This document shows, piece by piece, positions 49,086 through 62,465 of a stretch of DNA of 64,000 nt. Where the stretch lies: assembly GCF_006345805.1 (NCBI RefSeq), contig NC_043022.1:4216001-4280000 (forward strand), given 5' to 3'. The stretch is from Octopus sinensis. Lineage: Eukaryota. The notes under the pieces were generated by a model. That model had not been told where the DNA came from, ran no database searches, and worked only from the letters and a program-made list of their open reading frames with translations. Within the stretch, counting starts at the first letter, position 1, and each line of letters opens with the position of its first letter. The position numbers were made by a program, and so were the translations under genes.

Positions 49086-50082
49086 TTTGTTTCTTTTTTT
49101 ATCCTAATTTGAAAACAATTTTCCTACCACCATGGTTTTACGTACCCTGTTTCCATGCTCACGTGAGACAAACAGATCATCACAGTCCAAAATAAGTTTC
49201 TTATTTCTTTACTACCCACAGGGGCTAAACATAGAGGGGACAAACAAGGACAGCCAAAGGGATTAAGTCAATTACATCAACTCCAGTGCGTAACTGGTAC
49301 TTAATTTATCGACCCTGAAAGGATGAAAAGCAGAGTTGACCTCAGCGGAATTTGAACTCAGAATGTAACAGCAGATGAAATACCTATTTCTTTATTACCC
49401 ACAAGGGGCTAAACACAGAGGGGACAAACAAGGACAGACAAACGGATTAAGTCTATTATATCGACCCCAGTGCATAACTGGTACTTAATTTATCGACCCC
49501 GAAAGGATGAAAGGCAAAGTCTTGTGTGTGTAGTGCCATTTTGTGAATTGTGAATATACATTCCTTATTTCTTTATTGCCCACAAGGGGCTAAACATAGA
49601 AGGGACAAACAAGGACAGACAAATGGATTAAGTCGATTATGTCTACTCCAGTGTGTAACTGGTACTTAATTTATCGACCCCGAAAGGATGAAAGGCAAAG
49701 TCGACCTCGGCGGAATTTGAACTCAAAACGTAGCGGCAGACGAAATACTGCTAAGCATTTCGCCCGGCGTGCTAACGTTTCTGCCAGCTATATATCAATC
49801 ATTAACATTAACGCTTGACATTCAGATTACAGTCAAACGTAAAGATTATGTTCTTTTAATTAATTATGCATTATCTTGTAGCTTTGAGATTTCAATGATG
49901 TGAGAATGGCATGGTAGGTAGGTGGGCGAGGTTGGATGTGGTCAATCTGAACACAAAACAGGTAGGATATCTGGACTGGATAAGGTGCGCTTAAATGCTA
50001 AACGTATGATAGGATCAGTTACAATGTGTACTGTTTGTACTGTTAAAAAAGTTTTAATCAACTGAGCTTGTTTTTTTTTTTT

Positions 50083-50438
50083 ATTACCTCAGCCATAGCG
50101 AAGGCGGAGGTATTGTTTTCAGTTGTGTTTGTTTGTCTGTCCGTGGACAAGATATCTCAAGAACCACTGGATGTATTCAGATGAAACTTTCAGGGATGTT
50201 TGGCCCCGTGACTGGCACAAACTGATTAGATTTTGGGATCGATCTTGTACCGGACAAGGATTCTGGATTATTTTTCCAGTTTCTTAACTTAAATTTTGAG
50301 AGTAGTCAGGTTCATTTTTAGTATTCTTGTTCGTCAGAGCAGTTTATTTCAGATATTCCCATTTTAAAACTCATCTCTGGCTAATCGTTGAGAGGACATT
50401 GGTGTTGCCTTGGCGGAGGTTTGCACTCTCTGGATGCT
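50083..50438 (+). mobile_element. Duplicate HINE-like element
   Basis: Second copy within the tandem duplication, with subTIR TTGGCGGAGGT. Confidence 0.7.
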
Positions 50439-51496
50439 TTTGTTTCTTTTATTTTATCCTAATTTGAAAACAATTTTTCCTACCACCATGGTTTTACGTA
50501 CCCTGTTTCCATGCTCACGTGAGACAAACAGATCATCACAGTCCAAAATAAGTTTCTTATTTCTTTACTACCCACAAGGGGCTAAACATAGAGGGGACAA
50601 ACAAGGACAGCCAAAGGGATTAAGTCAATTACATCAACTCCAGTGCGTAACTGGTACTTAATTTATCGACCCTGAAAGGATGAAAAGCAGAGTTGACCTC
50701 AGCGGAATTTGAACTCAGAATGTAACAGCAGATGAAATACCTATTTCTTTATTACCCACAAAGGGCTAAACACAAAGGGGACAAACAAGGACAGACATAG
50801 GTATTAAGTCGATTACATCGACCCCAGTGCGTAACTGGTACTTAATTTATCAACCCCGAAAGGATGAAAGGCAAAGTCGACCTCGGCGGAATTTGAACTC
50901 ACAATGTAACGCAGACGAAATACCGTTAAGCATTTCGCCTGGTGCGCTAACGTTTCTGCCAGCTCGCCACCTTCCAATATAAGTTTCTATTGGGAACCAC
51001 CGTTCTCAAAGATTGGGGGTCAACCATGTCATCTGGTTCAATTTCTAGGACTGAATTCAATAACTGAACATTGATGAAACTGATCACACACACACACACA
51101 CATGGCTACCACTTGCTACATTAACCCAGCAACAAAACCGATTCCTTTTGCGAGGGAGTGCACACAGACACATGTATGACAAGGCATGGTTTACATATAT
51201 ATACACCTCCTCATGTGCCATACCCATGTTGTGCCAACTTTGTATCTGAATACAATGCAGAAGACAACTTGAGGCAAGGAGTAACATCCAGCACACAGCA
51301 AAACCCTTATTGTATAAGAAAACAAGAACAGAACACACACACACACATGCCTACATTCATGGAGAGCAACATGTGGGACACATCTATTATGTACGTGTGT
51401 TTGGATGCCCAGTTATAACATAGAGGCCTACTCAAAGTACAAGCGTATGCATATGCTTTATGAGATACGCAGACCACAATCACTTGATTACATAAA

Positions 51497-51690
51497 GAGG
51501 AGTTAGGGTCGGAGGTGCCAATAGTAGAGGAGTCAGAGTCAGAGGTGCCAATAGTAGAGGAGTCAGAGGTGCCAATAGTAGAGGAGTCAGAGTCAGAGGT
51601 GCCAATAGTAGAGGAGTCAGAGTCAGAGGTGCCAATAGTAGAGGAGTCAAAGTCAGAGGTGCCGAAGGTAGAGGAGTCAGAGTCAAAGTT
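51497..51690. repeat. ~30-bp minisatellite (GAGGAGTCAGAGTCAGAGGTGCCAATAGTA) inside a repeat also present at 5115-5210
   Basis: Directly visible. The flank ATGAGATA.G.AGACCACAATCACTTGA is shared with 5117. Confidence 0.85.
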
Positions 51691-51869
51691 TTTTGTTTTG
51701 ACTCTCCATGTGTATATACAGGGTGGCAATAAAGTCACTATACAGTTAATTACAATAACAATTAAGACAAAGCAATCAATCAAAAGTCCAGAAATTTATT
51801 ATTAAAACGGTTCTGGTTAGTAACAAGAAAATGCTATGGCAAACAATAGTAAATTAATTACCGATACTG

Positions 51870-52100
51870 ATCAAACTGCCTTCGAATGATGCCACCCTGC
51901 TGGCTAAGCGAGCAGACCAATAATGCCCCTGATTGGAAGGCAATTCCGTCACAGGGTGACACATTGACAGCTGAGTGGACTGCAGCTACATAAAATGAAG
52001 TGTTTTGCTCAAGAACACAACGTGCCACTCGATCCAAGAATCGATCACACAATCTAGCAACTGTGGAGTGCAACACCCTAACCACTAGGGCACACCTTCA
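51870..52100 (-). mobile_element. SINE family E
   Basis: AGCTGAGTGGACTG...TTTTGCTCAAGAACAC...CTAACCACTAGG. Confidence 0.75.
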
Positions 52101-52104
52101 GATG

Positions 52105-52440
52105 TAATGTGTGTGTGTGTGTGGTAAGTAGCTTGCTTCCTAACCACATGGTTCTGGGTTCAGTCCTCACTGCATGGCATTTGGGCAACCGTCTTGTACT
52201 ATAGCCTCGGGCCGACCAAAGCCTTGTTAGTGGATTTGGTAGATAGAAACCGAAAGAAGCCTATGTTGGTGTGCTTAAGTTGCCACAACTTAGCAGTTCA
52301 ACGAAAGGCAACTGATAGAACAAGTACCAGGCTTACCGAAAACATTAAGTACTGGGGTCGATTCAATTGACTTAAAAATTCTTCAAGGCAATGCCTCAGC
52401 ATGGCCACAGTCTAAAGACTGAAACAAGTAAAGGATAAAA
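52105..52440 (+). mobile_element. SINE family A variant
   Basis: Head, core and 3' end recognisable. Confidence 0.8.
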
Positions 52441-52460
52441 TATATGTATATATGTGTGTG

Positions 52461-52492
<32 letters not shown>

Positions 52493-52739
52493 CATACATA
52501 CTGATTAAGTTTTATTATTATGCTCTTAACTGTGTTTTGTTATGTGTGCGACCCACTGTTCTGTGTAAAACCAGTCTGTGGAGCAGAAAAGAGGTCAGAG
52601 GTCACTATGCTATATTACAGAAGTGAGATGTTACAGTAGAGGAGTACATTACAAAAAAAAAAAAAAAAGAGAACAACAGAACCATATATAGAAAAAGCAA
52701 GACCCCCACTGTATGGGCATTTAATATTGGAATACTCCT

Positions 52740-53240
52740 TAAGGCAGAAAATTGGTAGAATTGTTAGCACATCAGGCAAGGTGCTTAGTGGCATTTCATC
52801 TGTCTGTATGTTCCGAGTTCAAATGCCATTGGGGTTGGCTTTGCCTTTTATCCTTTTGGGGTTGATAAAATAAGTCTTTTTAAAGGGCTTAGAAAAACTG
52901 AAGGATCACTGTAATAAGTGGGTGAAACTGGGAAAGGAACATGCTAGATTAGAAATACTCAAATTCCACCGAGGTTAACTCTGCCTTTCATCCTTTTGGG
53001 GTGGACAAAATAAGTACCAGTTGAACACTTGGGTCGAAGTAAGTTGACTTACTAGGAGCAGGTGACGGAAAGTTCCGGGCTTTAAGTTTATCATGAAAGG
53101 TCTGGTTGGAGACCAAAACCTTCTGAGTTCATTTTACAGGGCTTAGAAAAACTTAAGGACCACTGTAATAAGTGGGTGACGTAATCAACTTATCACCTCT
53201 CCTTAAATTGCTGGCCTTGTGCCAAAACATGAAATCAATA
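52740..53240 (+). mobile_element. Interleaved SINE B variant pieces and mariner-derived fragments (~52870-52950, ~53063-53180)
   Basis: GLEKLKDHCNKWV appears twice and resembles the mariner C-terminus. GAAAGTTCCGGGCTTTAAG is a TIR-like start. Confidence 0.5.
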
Positions 53241-53544
53241 TTAGAATACATTTCTCTGAAGTATCTTTCCCTTCAGCCATATTTAGCAGATAAAGTTTTT
53301 TTTAACCAAGCAGTTCAAAAGTTCAAATCCTCTACAAGTGTTTCATAATCTCCTCGGTCAGTAGGAGATACAGACTTCATTCGTAATCTTTCAGTCCATG
53401 GAGCTGCCACTCAAAAGTCACGAGATCCATGGGGAAAGTTACTCAAGATGAACTAGCGCCATATCCAGGAAGTCACAACATTTTATCCACTTCAGCATTC
53501 TAAGCCTTCAAACACATTTACAATCATTTGAATTATTCCTTTTG

Positions 53545-53855
53545 TAAAAATCATGCCAAAAGCAGACCTCACTGGTGCTGGTGCCATGTAAAAAAGCACC
53601 CAGTCCATTCTGTAACGTGATTAGCATTAGGATGAGCATCGAGCTGTGAAAACCATGCCAAAAGCAGACCTCAATGGTGCAGGTGCCATGTAAAAAGCAT
53701 TTAGTCCACTCTGTAAAGTGGTTGATGTTAGAAAGCAGACACACAGCTGTAGAAACTGTCCCAAAGCAGATGGTGTGGATCTCCAACTTGTCACCTCCTG
53801 TCAAACCATCCATCCCATGCCAGCATGGAAGATGGCTGCTAAACGATAATGATGC
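53545..53855 (+). mobile_element. RTE 3' UTR variant with internal duplication
   Basis: GGTGCCATGTAAAAAGCA occurs twice, ending CCCATGCCAGCATGGAAGATGG...TAAACGATAATGATG. Confidence 0.7.
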
Positions 53856-53964
53856 TTATGTATTTGTTTTGCAAATTAGTATAAACACTGAAGTTTCATG
53901 ACTAATCCTAAATGTAACATCATCAACATCCATCATCAAAAGGCAAAACTGTTGACTAGAATGT

Positions 53965-54105
53965 TCTGGTACTTAATTTATCGACCCCGAAAGGATGAAA
54001 GGCAAAGTCAACCTCGGCGGAATTTGAACTCAGAATGTAACGGCAGACGAAATACGGCTACGCACTTCGCCCGGTGTGCTAACGATTCTGCCAGCTCGCC
54101 GCCCT
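53965..54105 (-). mobile_element. SINE family B, 5' half
   Basis: Near-consensus head and core. Confidence 0.85.
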
Positions 54106-54559
54106 GAAAGTGTCTCCTTCGTGGCTAAGGTATTCAGCTCAAGATCCCAAGTTCCTGGCAGTGGGTCGTGCCCTTCAGCGAGACACTTTACTATGTGCTA
54201 CTCCATTCCACTCAGCTGGTAAAAATGAGTAGGACCTGTATTAGCCTTTCCCTTGGATAAACAAAAGTGATACAAAGAGGGGAGACCTGCCATGCTGGGG
54301 CAATCTGTTAGTTTCCCCCACCAAAACAATCCAGCCTAGATCAACAGTTACTGATTGAGGTTCTCAATTTTATATCCTCCTCCTCATCATTACCATCAAC
54401 ATGCATAATATGAACTTTAGGGTTAAGGAATTGGTGAAAAAGTCTTGCTATTCTAAAAATTGGAATCATCTTTGATATTTACTTCTGTGATGTGTGTGTA
54501 TGTATATGTGTGTAAGCTTGTCACAACATCACTGGACAGTCGTAAACAAACATCCCCAC

Positions 54560-54690
54560 CATACAAGTGGTGCTGTTTGCTTCCAGTCTTCGGTGACAAA
54601 CACATCTGGCCATAGAGAATCTGCCTCGATAAATTGTCTGGCATCATGCGAGTATGAAAAGCGGACCTTAAAGTAATGGCGGTGCTGTTG
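54560..54690 (-). mobile_element. Possible decayed RTE ORF2 fragment
   Basis: FHTRMMPDNLSRQILYGQ resembles the RTE GHV.RMPD.RLPKQILYGEL motif. Confidence 0.4.
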
Positions 54691-54789
54691 TTCTTGAGAC
54701 CTCTTCCCACCCCCACCTCCTAGGTTAACTCTCTCGATATTTCTTTTGAAATACAGTTTTTGTTTCAAGTAGTCTTGAAAATAATAAAG

Positions 54790-54975
54790 AACGTGACCCT
54801 CCTGGTGCCGTTCCCACAAAAAAAGCACTCAGTCCTCAGTGTAAAGTGGTTGGTGTCAAGAAGGGCATCCAGCAGTAGAAACCAAGCCAAAACAGACACT
54901 GGAACCTGATGTGGCTCCTGTGGAATCATCCAACTCATGCCAGCATGGAAAATAGACGTTAAATGATGGTGAAGA
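54790..54975 (+). mobile_element. RTE 3' UTR fragment
   Basis: GTGGTTGGTGTCAAGAAGGGCATCC...GACGTTAAATGATG. Confidence 0.8.
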
Positions 54976-55019
54976 CAATGAACTTGGTTCTCGTTAAGCT
55001 GATGTTTTGAGAACAAAGC

Positions 55020-55116
55020 TTATGGAAGGTTTTAATTTCAATCACTTTGAAACAGGATCATGTTTGCATCATAGAACTAGGGGCAATTTCAGGCCGATTG
55101 GTATGAAAAGGGTTAA
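55020..55116 (-). mobile_element. MITE family J end
   Basis: Ends GGTATGAAAAGGGTTAA. Confidence 0.5.
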
Positions 55117-55286
55117 AACATGTCCCAGCAGACCAAACCAAAAGCATCTCAACCTCCCCCATCACAAACAATGGAAGACAGCCTTTGTCATTATATCTTC
55201 TCCATTCTTGGAGCCATATTTGGCTGCGTGCACCACACACACAGATATGAAGGTAAAGGGGAGGACAAGAGACCGCAAGCATTTAA

Positions 55287-55525
55287 GGCGGCGTGCTGGC
55301 AGACTCGTTAGCGCGCCGGGCAAAATGCTTAGCGGTATTTCGTCTGTCGTTACATTCTGAGTTCAAATTCCGTCGAGGTCGACTTTACCTTTCATCCTTT
55401 TGGGGTCGATAAATAAAGTACCAGTTTCGCACTGGGTGGGGGGTCGATGTAATCGACTTAATCCCTTTGTCTGTCCTTGTTTGTCCCCTCTATGTTTAGC
55501 CCCTTGTGGGTAATAAAGAAATATA
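55287..55525 (+). mobile_element. SINE family B, full length
   Basis: GGCGGCGTGCTGGCAGA...TTGTGGGTAATAAAGAAATA. Confidence 0.9.
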
Positions 55526-56064
55526 TATCTTCTCCATTCTGTCATAGAACTGCAAGATACAACCTGAAGGAGAGTTGGCTGTCATTTTTATCCAGTCAAG
55601 TGATCCCACAGATGCTTTGGTCAGCACCATTATTAGACAGGGGCTTCAGGTTTTGCTGGTTGGGTGTGTGTGACAGGATACACCAAGTTGTAACTGCCAC
55701 ATGTAACAGCAGTAATTACAACTAAAAGTAAATAAAGTCTGGTAATTAGTACAGAATGATGAACTGAAATTACCAACACTAATTGGCACCATAGTCATAA
55801 TAAAGTTAGAGAAGCTGTGATGCTCATGGCTTTCCCCAAATATTACTGATGTCAAACTATAATCACGTGATAGTAATAAGGGTTTCTGACGTTGGTACAA
55901 AGTCGAATATTTTGAGGGACAGAATCCTTTATCTGTTCACATCTGGGATGTTCTATAAGAAGAATATTAAATTAACCCCAGAAGAATCAAAGACGCTGGT
56001 CTTTTCTATTATAATTCAAATTCCCATCTAGGAACGTGTAACAGAAATATTAAATCTACCCCAT

Positions 56065-56470
56065 AGGCGCAGGAGTGGCTGTGTGGTAAGTAGCTTGCTA
56101 ACCAACCACATGGTTCCGGGTTCAGTCCCACTGCGTGGCATCTTGGGCAAGTGTCTTCTGCTATAGCCCCGGGCCGACCAATGCCTTGTGAGTGGATTTG
56201 GGAGACGGAAACTGAAAGAAGCCTGTCGTATATATATATATGTATATGTGTGTGTTTGTGTGTATGTGTTTGTCCCCCTAGCATTGCTTGACAACCGATG
56301 CTGGTGTGTTTACGTCCCCGTCACTTAGCGGTTCGGCAAAAGGGACCGATAGAATAAGTACTGGGCTTGCAAAGAATAAGTCCCGGGGTCGATTTGCTCG
56401 ACTAAAAAAAGGCGGTGCTCCAGCATGGCCGCAGTCAAATGACTGAAACAAGTAAAAGAGTAAAAGAGAG
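56065..56470 (+). mobile_element. SINE family A, full length
   Basis: Near consensus with an (AAAAGAGT)n-like tail. Confidence 0.9.
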
Positions 56471-56627
56471 AGTAAGAGTACTCGACCGGGTTGTACTTAT
56501 TTCATTGAACTCCAGAAGGACAAACAGAAAAGTTGATCTGGGCAAATAAGGAGGAGGGGGGGACGGGCGCTTAGGACGTAAAGGGACGCAACCCAAATAA
56601 TGTTCGAGGGAGACGGAAATATACAAG

Positions 56628-56662
<35 letters not shown>

Positions 56663-58343
56663 GGTTTCTCCCTGGTCTATCATTTGAAGTCGACAAGAAA
56701 ACAACTCGTGCTAAAGTGGAGTTAGCATCCACTTACGAGGGTGGTGGTGGTGGTGGTGGCGGAGGTGGGAAAGCAGCGGTGGTCTCGAGGGGATTAACTA
56801 AACAGTGGGAGTCTGTGTGGATAATGGGGGAATTAAAACACACACAGACAGACACACAATATTGCAAACACGAGTATATATTGTGTGTGTGTGTGCGCTT
56901 GTGCACACATATATATACACCATAAATACACGCATACACAGCAGTGTGTGTGTGGAGCTGAAATTACCGTCTGTGTTCCGAGTTCTGCGAGTTTGCCATT
57001 CATCACGTAACCATCACGTGATCAGCAATATTTACAAAACTCAGAGTTTACAACGGAGAGTAAATCTCACCACCGCAGCGAATACTCACACTACCTCACC
57101 CCCTTCGTAACTCCAGATATACATATTTGGCTGCGTGCACCACACACATAGATATGAAGGTAAAGGGGGAGGACGAGAGACCGCAAAGCATTTTAATATA
57201 CTCGAGATCCAGAGAGATCGAGTAACAATGGCAATAGTTCCCCCCCACCCCCCAGCATTTAATTCTAAGGTCAACTGACAGCGAAAAAAAGGAACGATGG
57301 GAATAAATAAGAAATTAAGAAATAAAAGGAAGACGATAAGGCAAAAAGATAAGAAAGATTTAAGTCCGGCAAGCAACGGCAGTTTTAGGCCTCGATTCCG
57401 ACTTAATGGACAACAACAACAATAACAACAATAATAATGATGATGATGATGATGATGGGTGTATGTAAATAAATCCGGTCGAGGGGAAATTGATAAAAGA
57501 ACAACAGTAATGGCTTCTTGTATTTATGTCAGAGCTGGAAGTGATGGGAAGATGTGGTGTTCATGTCTTTCCCCAAGGGCATTGGGTGACCAGCAGGAGC
57601 GAAGACGAAGAAAGAGTGGATAGACGGATCGCAACGACGGCGAATAACGGACGAATAAGGGAGAGAGTAGTTCGTATGAGTACGCGTATGTATGTGTATA
57701 TATATATATATATATACATGGGTGTGTGTGTTACTGTGGCATAGCTTTAGTTGCAGGTGCGACAGTATCACATACCTGTCTATCACACAGACATTTATTT
57801 ATTTATTTATATACACACACATACATACATACATATATACACTCAGACACGTTTATACACAGACAACTATGGCATCAGTAAGGAAAAAGCATACCCTTAA
57901 AAGCCACAAAAGCAGCTCAACTATTTACTCCTGTATCCCCCATCGATACACACACACACACACATATATATATATGTATTTATCTATATCCGACACACAG
58001 ACAGCAGTGGCTATGGCTGTAAGCAGCTACAGCCGAGAAGGCAGTGTATATATGCTCATACACACATGCACGTGTGTGTGTATAGACATATTCGTACGCA
58101 AGTACATGTACGTAGACATACAAGCTACCGTCTTTATAATATCGGTTGAAGAAGGCACCTACACCGAGAGAGAGAGCTTAGAGGCAGATATTCACGTCGG
58201 TGAGGAAAGGTGGAAGGAAAAAGGGGGGTGATGTGAAATGAATGAAGAGTGCTTGATGGTACCAAAGGTAGTCGGGGGAGTGCAAGGGATTGAATGGCAG
58301 ACAAGAGGCCGATCAACCCGGTTCATCCAGGTCAACGTGCGCG

Positions 58344-58344
<1 letters not shown>

Positions 58345-58379
<35 letters not shown>

Positions 58380-58429
58380 ACTGCATGTATGTTTACACAC
58401 ATATAGACATACATACATTACAAGATTGC

Positions 58430-58465
<36 letters not shown>

Positions 58466-58514
58466 CTGCATGTATGTTTACACACATATAGACATACATA
58501 CATTACAAGATTGC

Positions 58515-58549
<35 letters not shown>

Positions 58550-58596
58550 ACTGCATGTATGTTTACACACATATAGACATACATACATTACAAGAT

Positions 58597-58641
<45 letters not shown>

Positions 58642-58689
58642 CTGCATGTATGTTTACACACACATATAGACATACATACATTACAAGAT

Positions 58690-58734
<45 letters not shown>

Positions 58735-58790
58735 CTGCATGTATGTTTACACACACATATAGACATACATACATTACAAGATTGTGTGTG

Positions 58791-58800
<10 letters not shown>
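58345..58800. repeat. Compound minisatellite: fixed core (AACTGCATGTATGTTTACACACATATAGACATACATACATTACAAGATT) between variable (GT)n(AT)n tracts, 5 full units plus a partial
   Basis: Directly visible. Confidence 0.9.
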
Positions 58801-58821
<21 letters not shown>

Positions 58822-59022
58822 GTAGGTATTATATAGGAAGCTAGCAACTATGGCCTGACAAGACAGCAAGCTATGTTGGTGGTGAAACTAGGGGAAACGG
58901 AAGAAGGGGCAATAAAACTGTAAGCAGCAAAGGCATAAAAAGTCTGGGGGTTTGTAACGAGGGGTTATTTAAAGAGGCGTGGATACGTTCTGCTTCCTTC
59001 CAATATTACATATATTAAACAT

Positions 59023-59066
<44 letters not shown>

Positions 59067-59612
59067 CTACATAGAATAAATACATGCACAACACACATCC
59101 GAATATATATAGATATGTATATATAATATATGGAAATTAGAAGGGGGGGGAGAGAGAGTTCTATAATGAACTCGCCAACCTAGAAGGCATACAATATACG
59201 CAGCAGGCAAATAGGTAAAGCAGATCTATCATATGTAGATATGCACGTATGTATGTGTGTAAGCCTATCTATCTATCTATAATATATATGTGTGTATTGA
59301 CACATATATATATAAAGCGATATCTTCTGATGACAATGAAATGGCAGATATATAACTCCGACCCTTCACGTACAGTTTTATATGAGTGTGTGTCTGTGTG
59401 TGTATACGTACACAAACTTATCTATATTTACGCCACAGCTGCTATACATAGAGACACACAAGAGGACAGGACAGTTTTCTTCGTTGTGAGGATTATCTTT
59501 TAAAGGCATCTTCAAAAGAAAAAAGAAAAACAGTTGATGTCTTCCACTTTTAAGAGACGACAACACAAGAAAGAGAAAATAGCCTAAAAACAACCAAGAG
59601 AAAGAAAAGGAA

Positions 59613-59665
<53 letters not shown>

Positions 59666-60229
59666 ACACACATATATATATATAGATAGATAGAGTGTGA
59701 GAGAGAGAGAGAGAGGGGGGGGATATGTGAAAGATAGATAGACAGACAGGAAGAGAGACAGAGAAAGAGATTGACAAAGTGAGAGATGGAGAGAGACTGA
59801 ACAACAAAGAGCACTGGCGTATTAGATTATATACACACACACACACATTATATATACATACACACATATATATATGATGGATGATGATGGTGTGTATATA
59901 TATATGTAGAGAGTCCATCCATCCAGGTCTGCAAGCATATCTCAACTGTAGACGACACTTCCTGAAAACAAGACCCTACCAATGCAATAATAAAGCAATA
60001 ATAATAATAATGATGATGATGATAATGAATGAATGGTCATTAAGTAATAATAGGGAACATAGATATAGACAGATATATATATATAGGATACAATAATAGA
60101 CATACATACTATGTGGAGTGAATCATAGTCGCTGGGGTAAAGAGCAATAATGATAAACTTGCTCGATCTCTCTCTCTCTTTTTTTTTTGGCTGTTCAACA
60201 CAAATGTAATAATAATTGGTAGCACTGTT

Positions 60230-60326
60230 TTGTTTTTCCTCTGTGTGTGTGTGTGTGAGTGTATATATATATATATATATATACGTGTGTTGTGTCTATA
60301 TTTTCCTATCCGAAGGGTCTTGTGTG

Positions 60327-60359
<33 letters not shown>

Positions 60360-60396
60360 GTATATATATGTGTAGATATATGGTTACTTGTTTTTT

Positions 60397-60432
<36 letters not shown>

Positions 60433-60481
60433 TATATATATATATACGTGTGTGTCTATATTTTCCTATCCGAAGGGGTCT

Positions 60482-60526
<45 letters not shown>

Positions 60527-60559
60527 TATATGTGTAGATATATGGTTACTTGTTTTTCC

Positions 60560-60591
<32 letters not shown>

Positions 60592-60705
60592 CGTGTGTGT
60601 GTGTCTATAGTTTCCTATCCGAAGGGGTCTTGTATATATATATATATGTATATATATATATGTGTGTATATATATGTGTAGATATATGGTTACTTGGTTA
60701 CTTTT
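60230..60705. repeat. Compound tandem repeat, 3 units (TTTTCCTATCCGAAGGG / GTAGATATATGGTTACTTG cores)
   Basis: Directly visible. Confidence 0.9.
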
Positions 60706-61169
60706 TTTTCGTGTCTCTTCACTCGAGGTAAAAAATCTCATTCCGGATCGAGATCGGATCACATCTGACCATCATCATCGTTGTAGTTACCAAAGGAGAT
60801 CTAATCACGCTGACTTAGCAACCAGCCATGCAGTCTCACTTCTTTGCTTTTCTTCTTTTTTACATTATTTCTTCTCCTTTTTTTTTTCTCCTTACTTCCC
60901 GTGCGGGCTCCTTCCTCTTCCGTCTCCCCCCTTGTTTCGCCTTTTGTTGTTTAATCAAGGGGGAGAGATGTACGTAAATAAAAAGCCTGGTGGTGCTCTC
61001 AGGGTTGCGTTATTGGCCCCGGCGAGAGTGGAGCTCGAATCGCATCGTGTAATATAATAAACGATCACAATAACCGTATAGACGTGTATATTAAACCAGG
61101 ATGAAGAGAGAAGAAAAAAAAAAAAGAAAATAGGGGGGAAATAAAACTGGGGAATAAAGTCTCAAGTGA

Positions 61170-61270
61170 TCGTCATCGTTTAGCGGCAGCGAGAGCTGGA
61201 CACGGCCATGTTGGTGTGTACGCCGAGTACGACTATGTTACAAGGCCGTTGATTGGCTGCTTTCACGGCT
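61170..61270 (-). promoter_or_regulatory. Candidate Pol II promoter (NF-Y CCAAT box plus YY1-like motif in a CpG-rich unique segment)
   Basis: Minus strand reads AGCAGCCAATCAAC, followed ~40 nt downstream by CAACATGGCCG. Motif match only. Confidence 0.3.
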
Positions 61271-61689
61271 GCTGTTTTCACTTTACTTGACATCCACCTA
61301 ACAAGAGTCACACTCACTGCAGTGGAGAGAGAGTGAGAGAGAGATAGGAAGAAAGAGAGAGTGAGTGAGTGAGAGAGAGAGAGAGAGAGGAAGAAAGAGA
61401 GGAGACATCAAGCACTTTAACACTTTTACTCACTCTCTCTCTCTCTGTCCATCGTTCGTTCATTCATCTCTCTCTCATTACATATAATTGTGTGTATGTA
61501 TACACACACACACACACACACACATGCATGCATGCAGCATATACATATCGCTCAGTCAATCACCCACAAAAATCAATCAATCGAAATCTCTCATTTATAT
61601 ATATATATATATACATACGCACGCACACGCATTATTTCTCGTTTGTTCACCCACAAAATCAATCGCTTAATCTATCAGTCTCTCCCCCA

Positions 61690-62090
61690 CATATATATAT
61701 ATATATATATATACATATATATACATATATATATACATATATATACATATATATATATAATATACATACATATTATATATATATATATAAACACATATAT
61801 ATATACACGTATATATATACATACATATATATATACATACAATATATATATACATATATATATACATACATATATATATACATACATATATATATACATA
61901 TATATACATACATATATAATACATATATATATATACACATATATATATAATACATACATACATACATACATATATACATACATACATATATATATATACA
62001 TATATATATACATACATGCATATATATATATATATACACATACATATATATACACATACATACACATACATATATATACACATACATATA

Positions 62091-62145
<55 letters not shown>

Positions 62146-62431
62146 AATACATATATATACATACATATATATATATATACATATATATACATACATATAT
62201 ATATATATACATATATATACATACATATATATATATATACATATATATACATACATATATATATATATACATATATATACATACATAATATATATATACA
62301 TATATATATACATAATATATATATATATACATATATATACATACATATATATATATATATACATATATATACATACATATATATATATATATACATATAT
62401 ATACATACATATATATATATATACATATATA

Positions 62432-62464
<33 letters not shown>

Positions 62465-62465
62465 G
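61690..62465. repeat. ~780-bp (TA/TACA)n microsatellite
   Basis: Directly visible. Confidence 0.95.

Larger units (their letters stand above)
48031..50740. repeat. 1355-bp tandem duplication (48031-49385 and 49386-50740)
   Basis: Same order of SINE B, MITE D, HINE and unique spacers. The offset at AAAGTCTTGT is 1355 nt, with few SNPs or indels. Confidence 0.95.
47760..50971 (-). mobile_element. Cluster of eight full or partial SINE B copies, all on the minus strand
   Basis: Copies at ~47760, 48031, 48210, 49190, 49386, 49565, 50545 and 50743. Confidence 0.85.
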
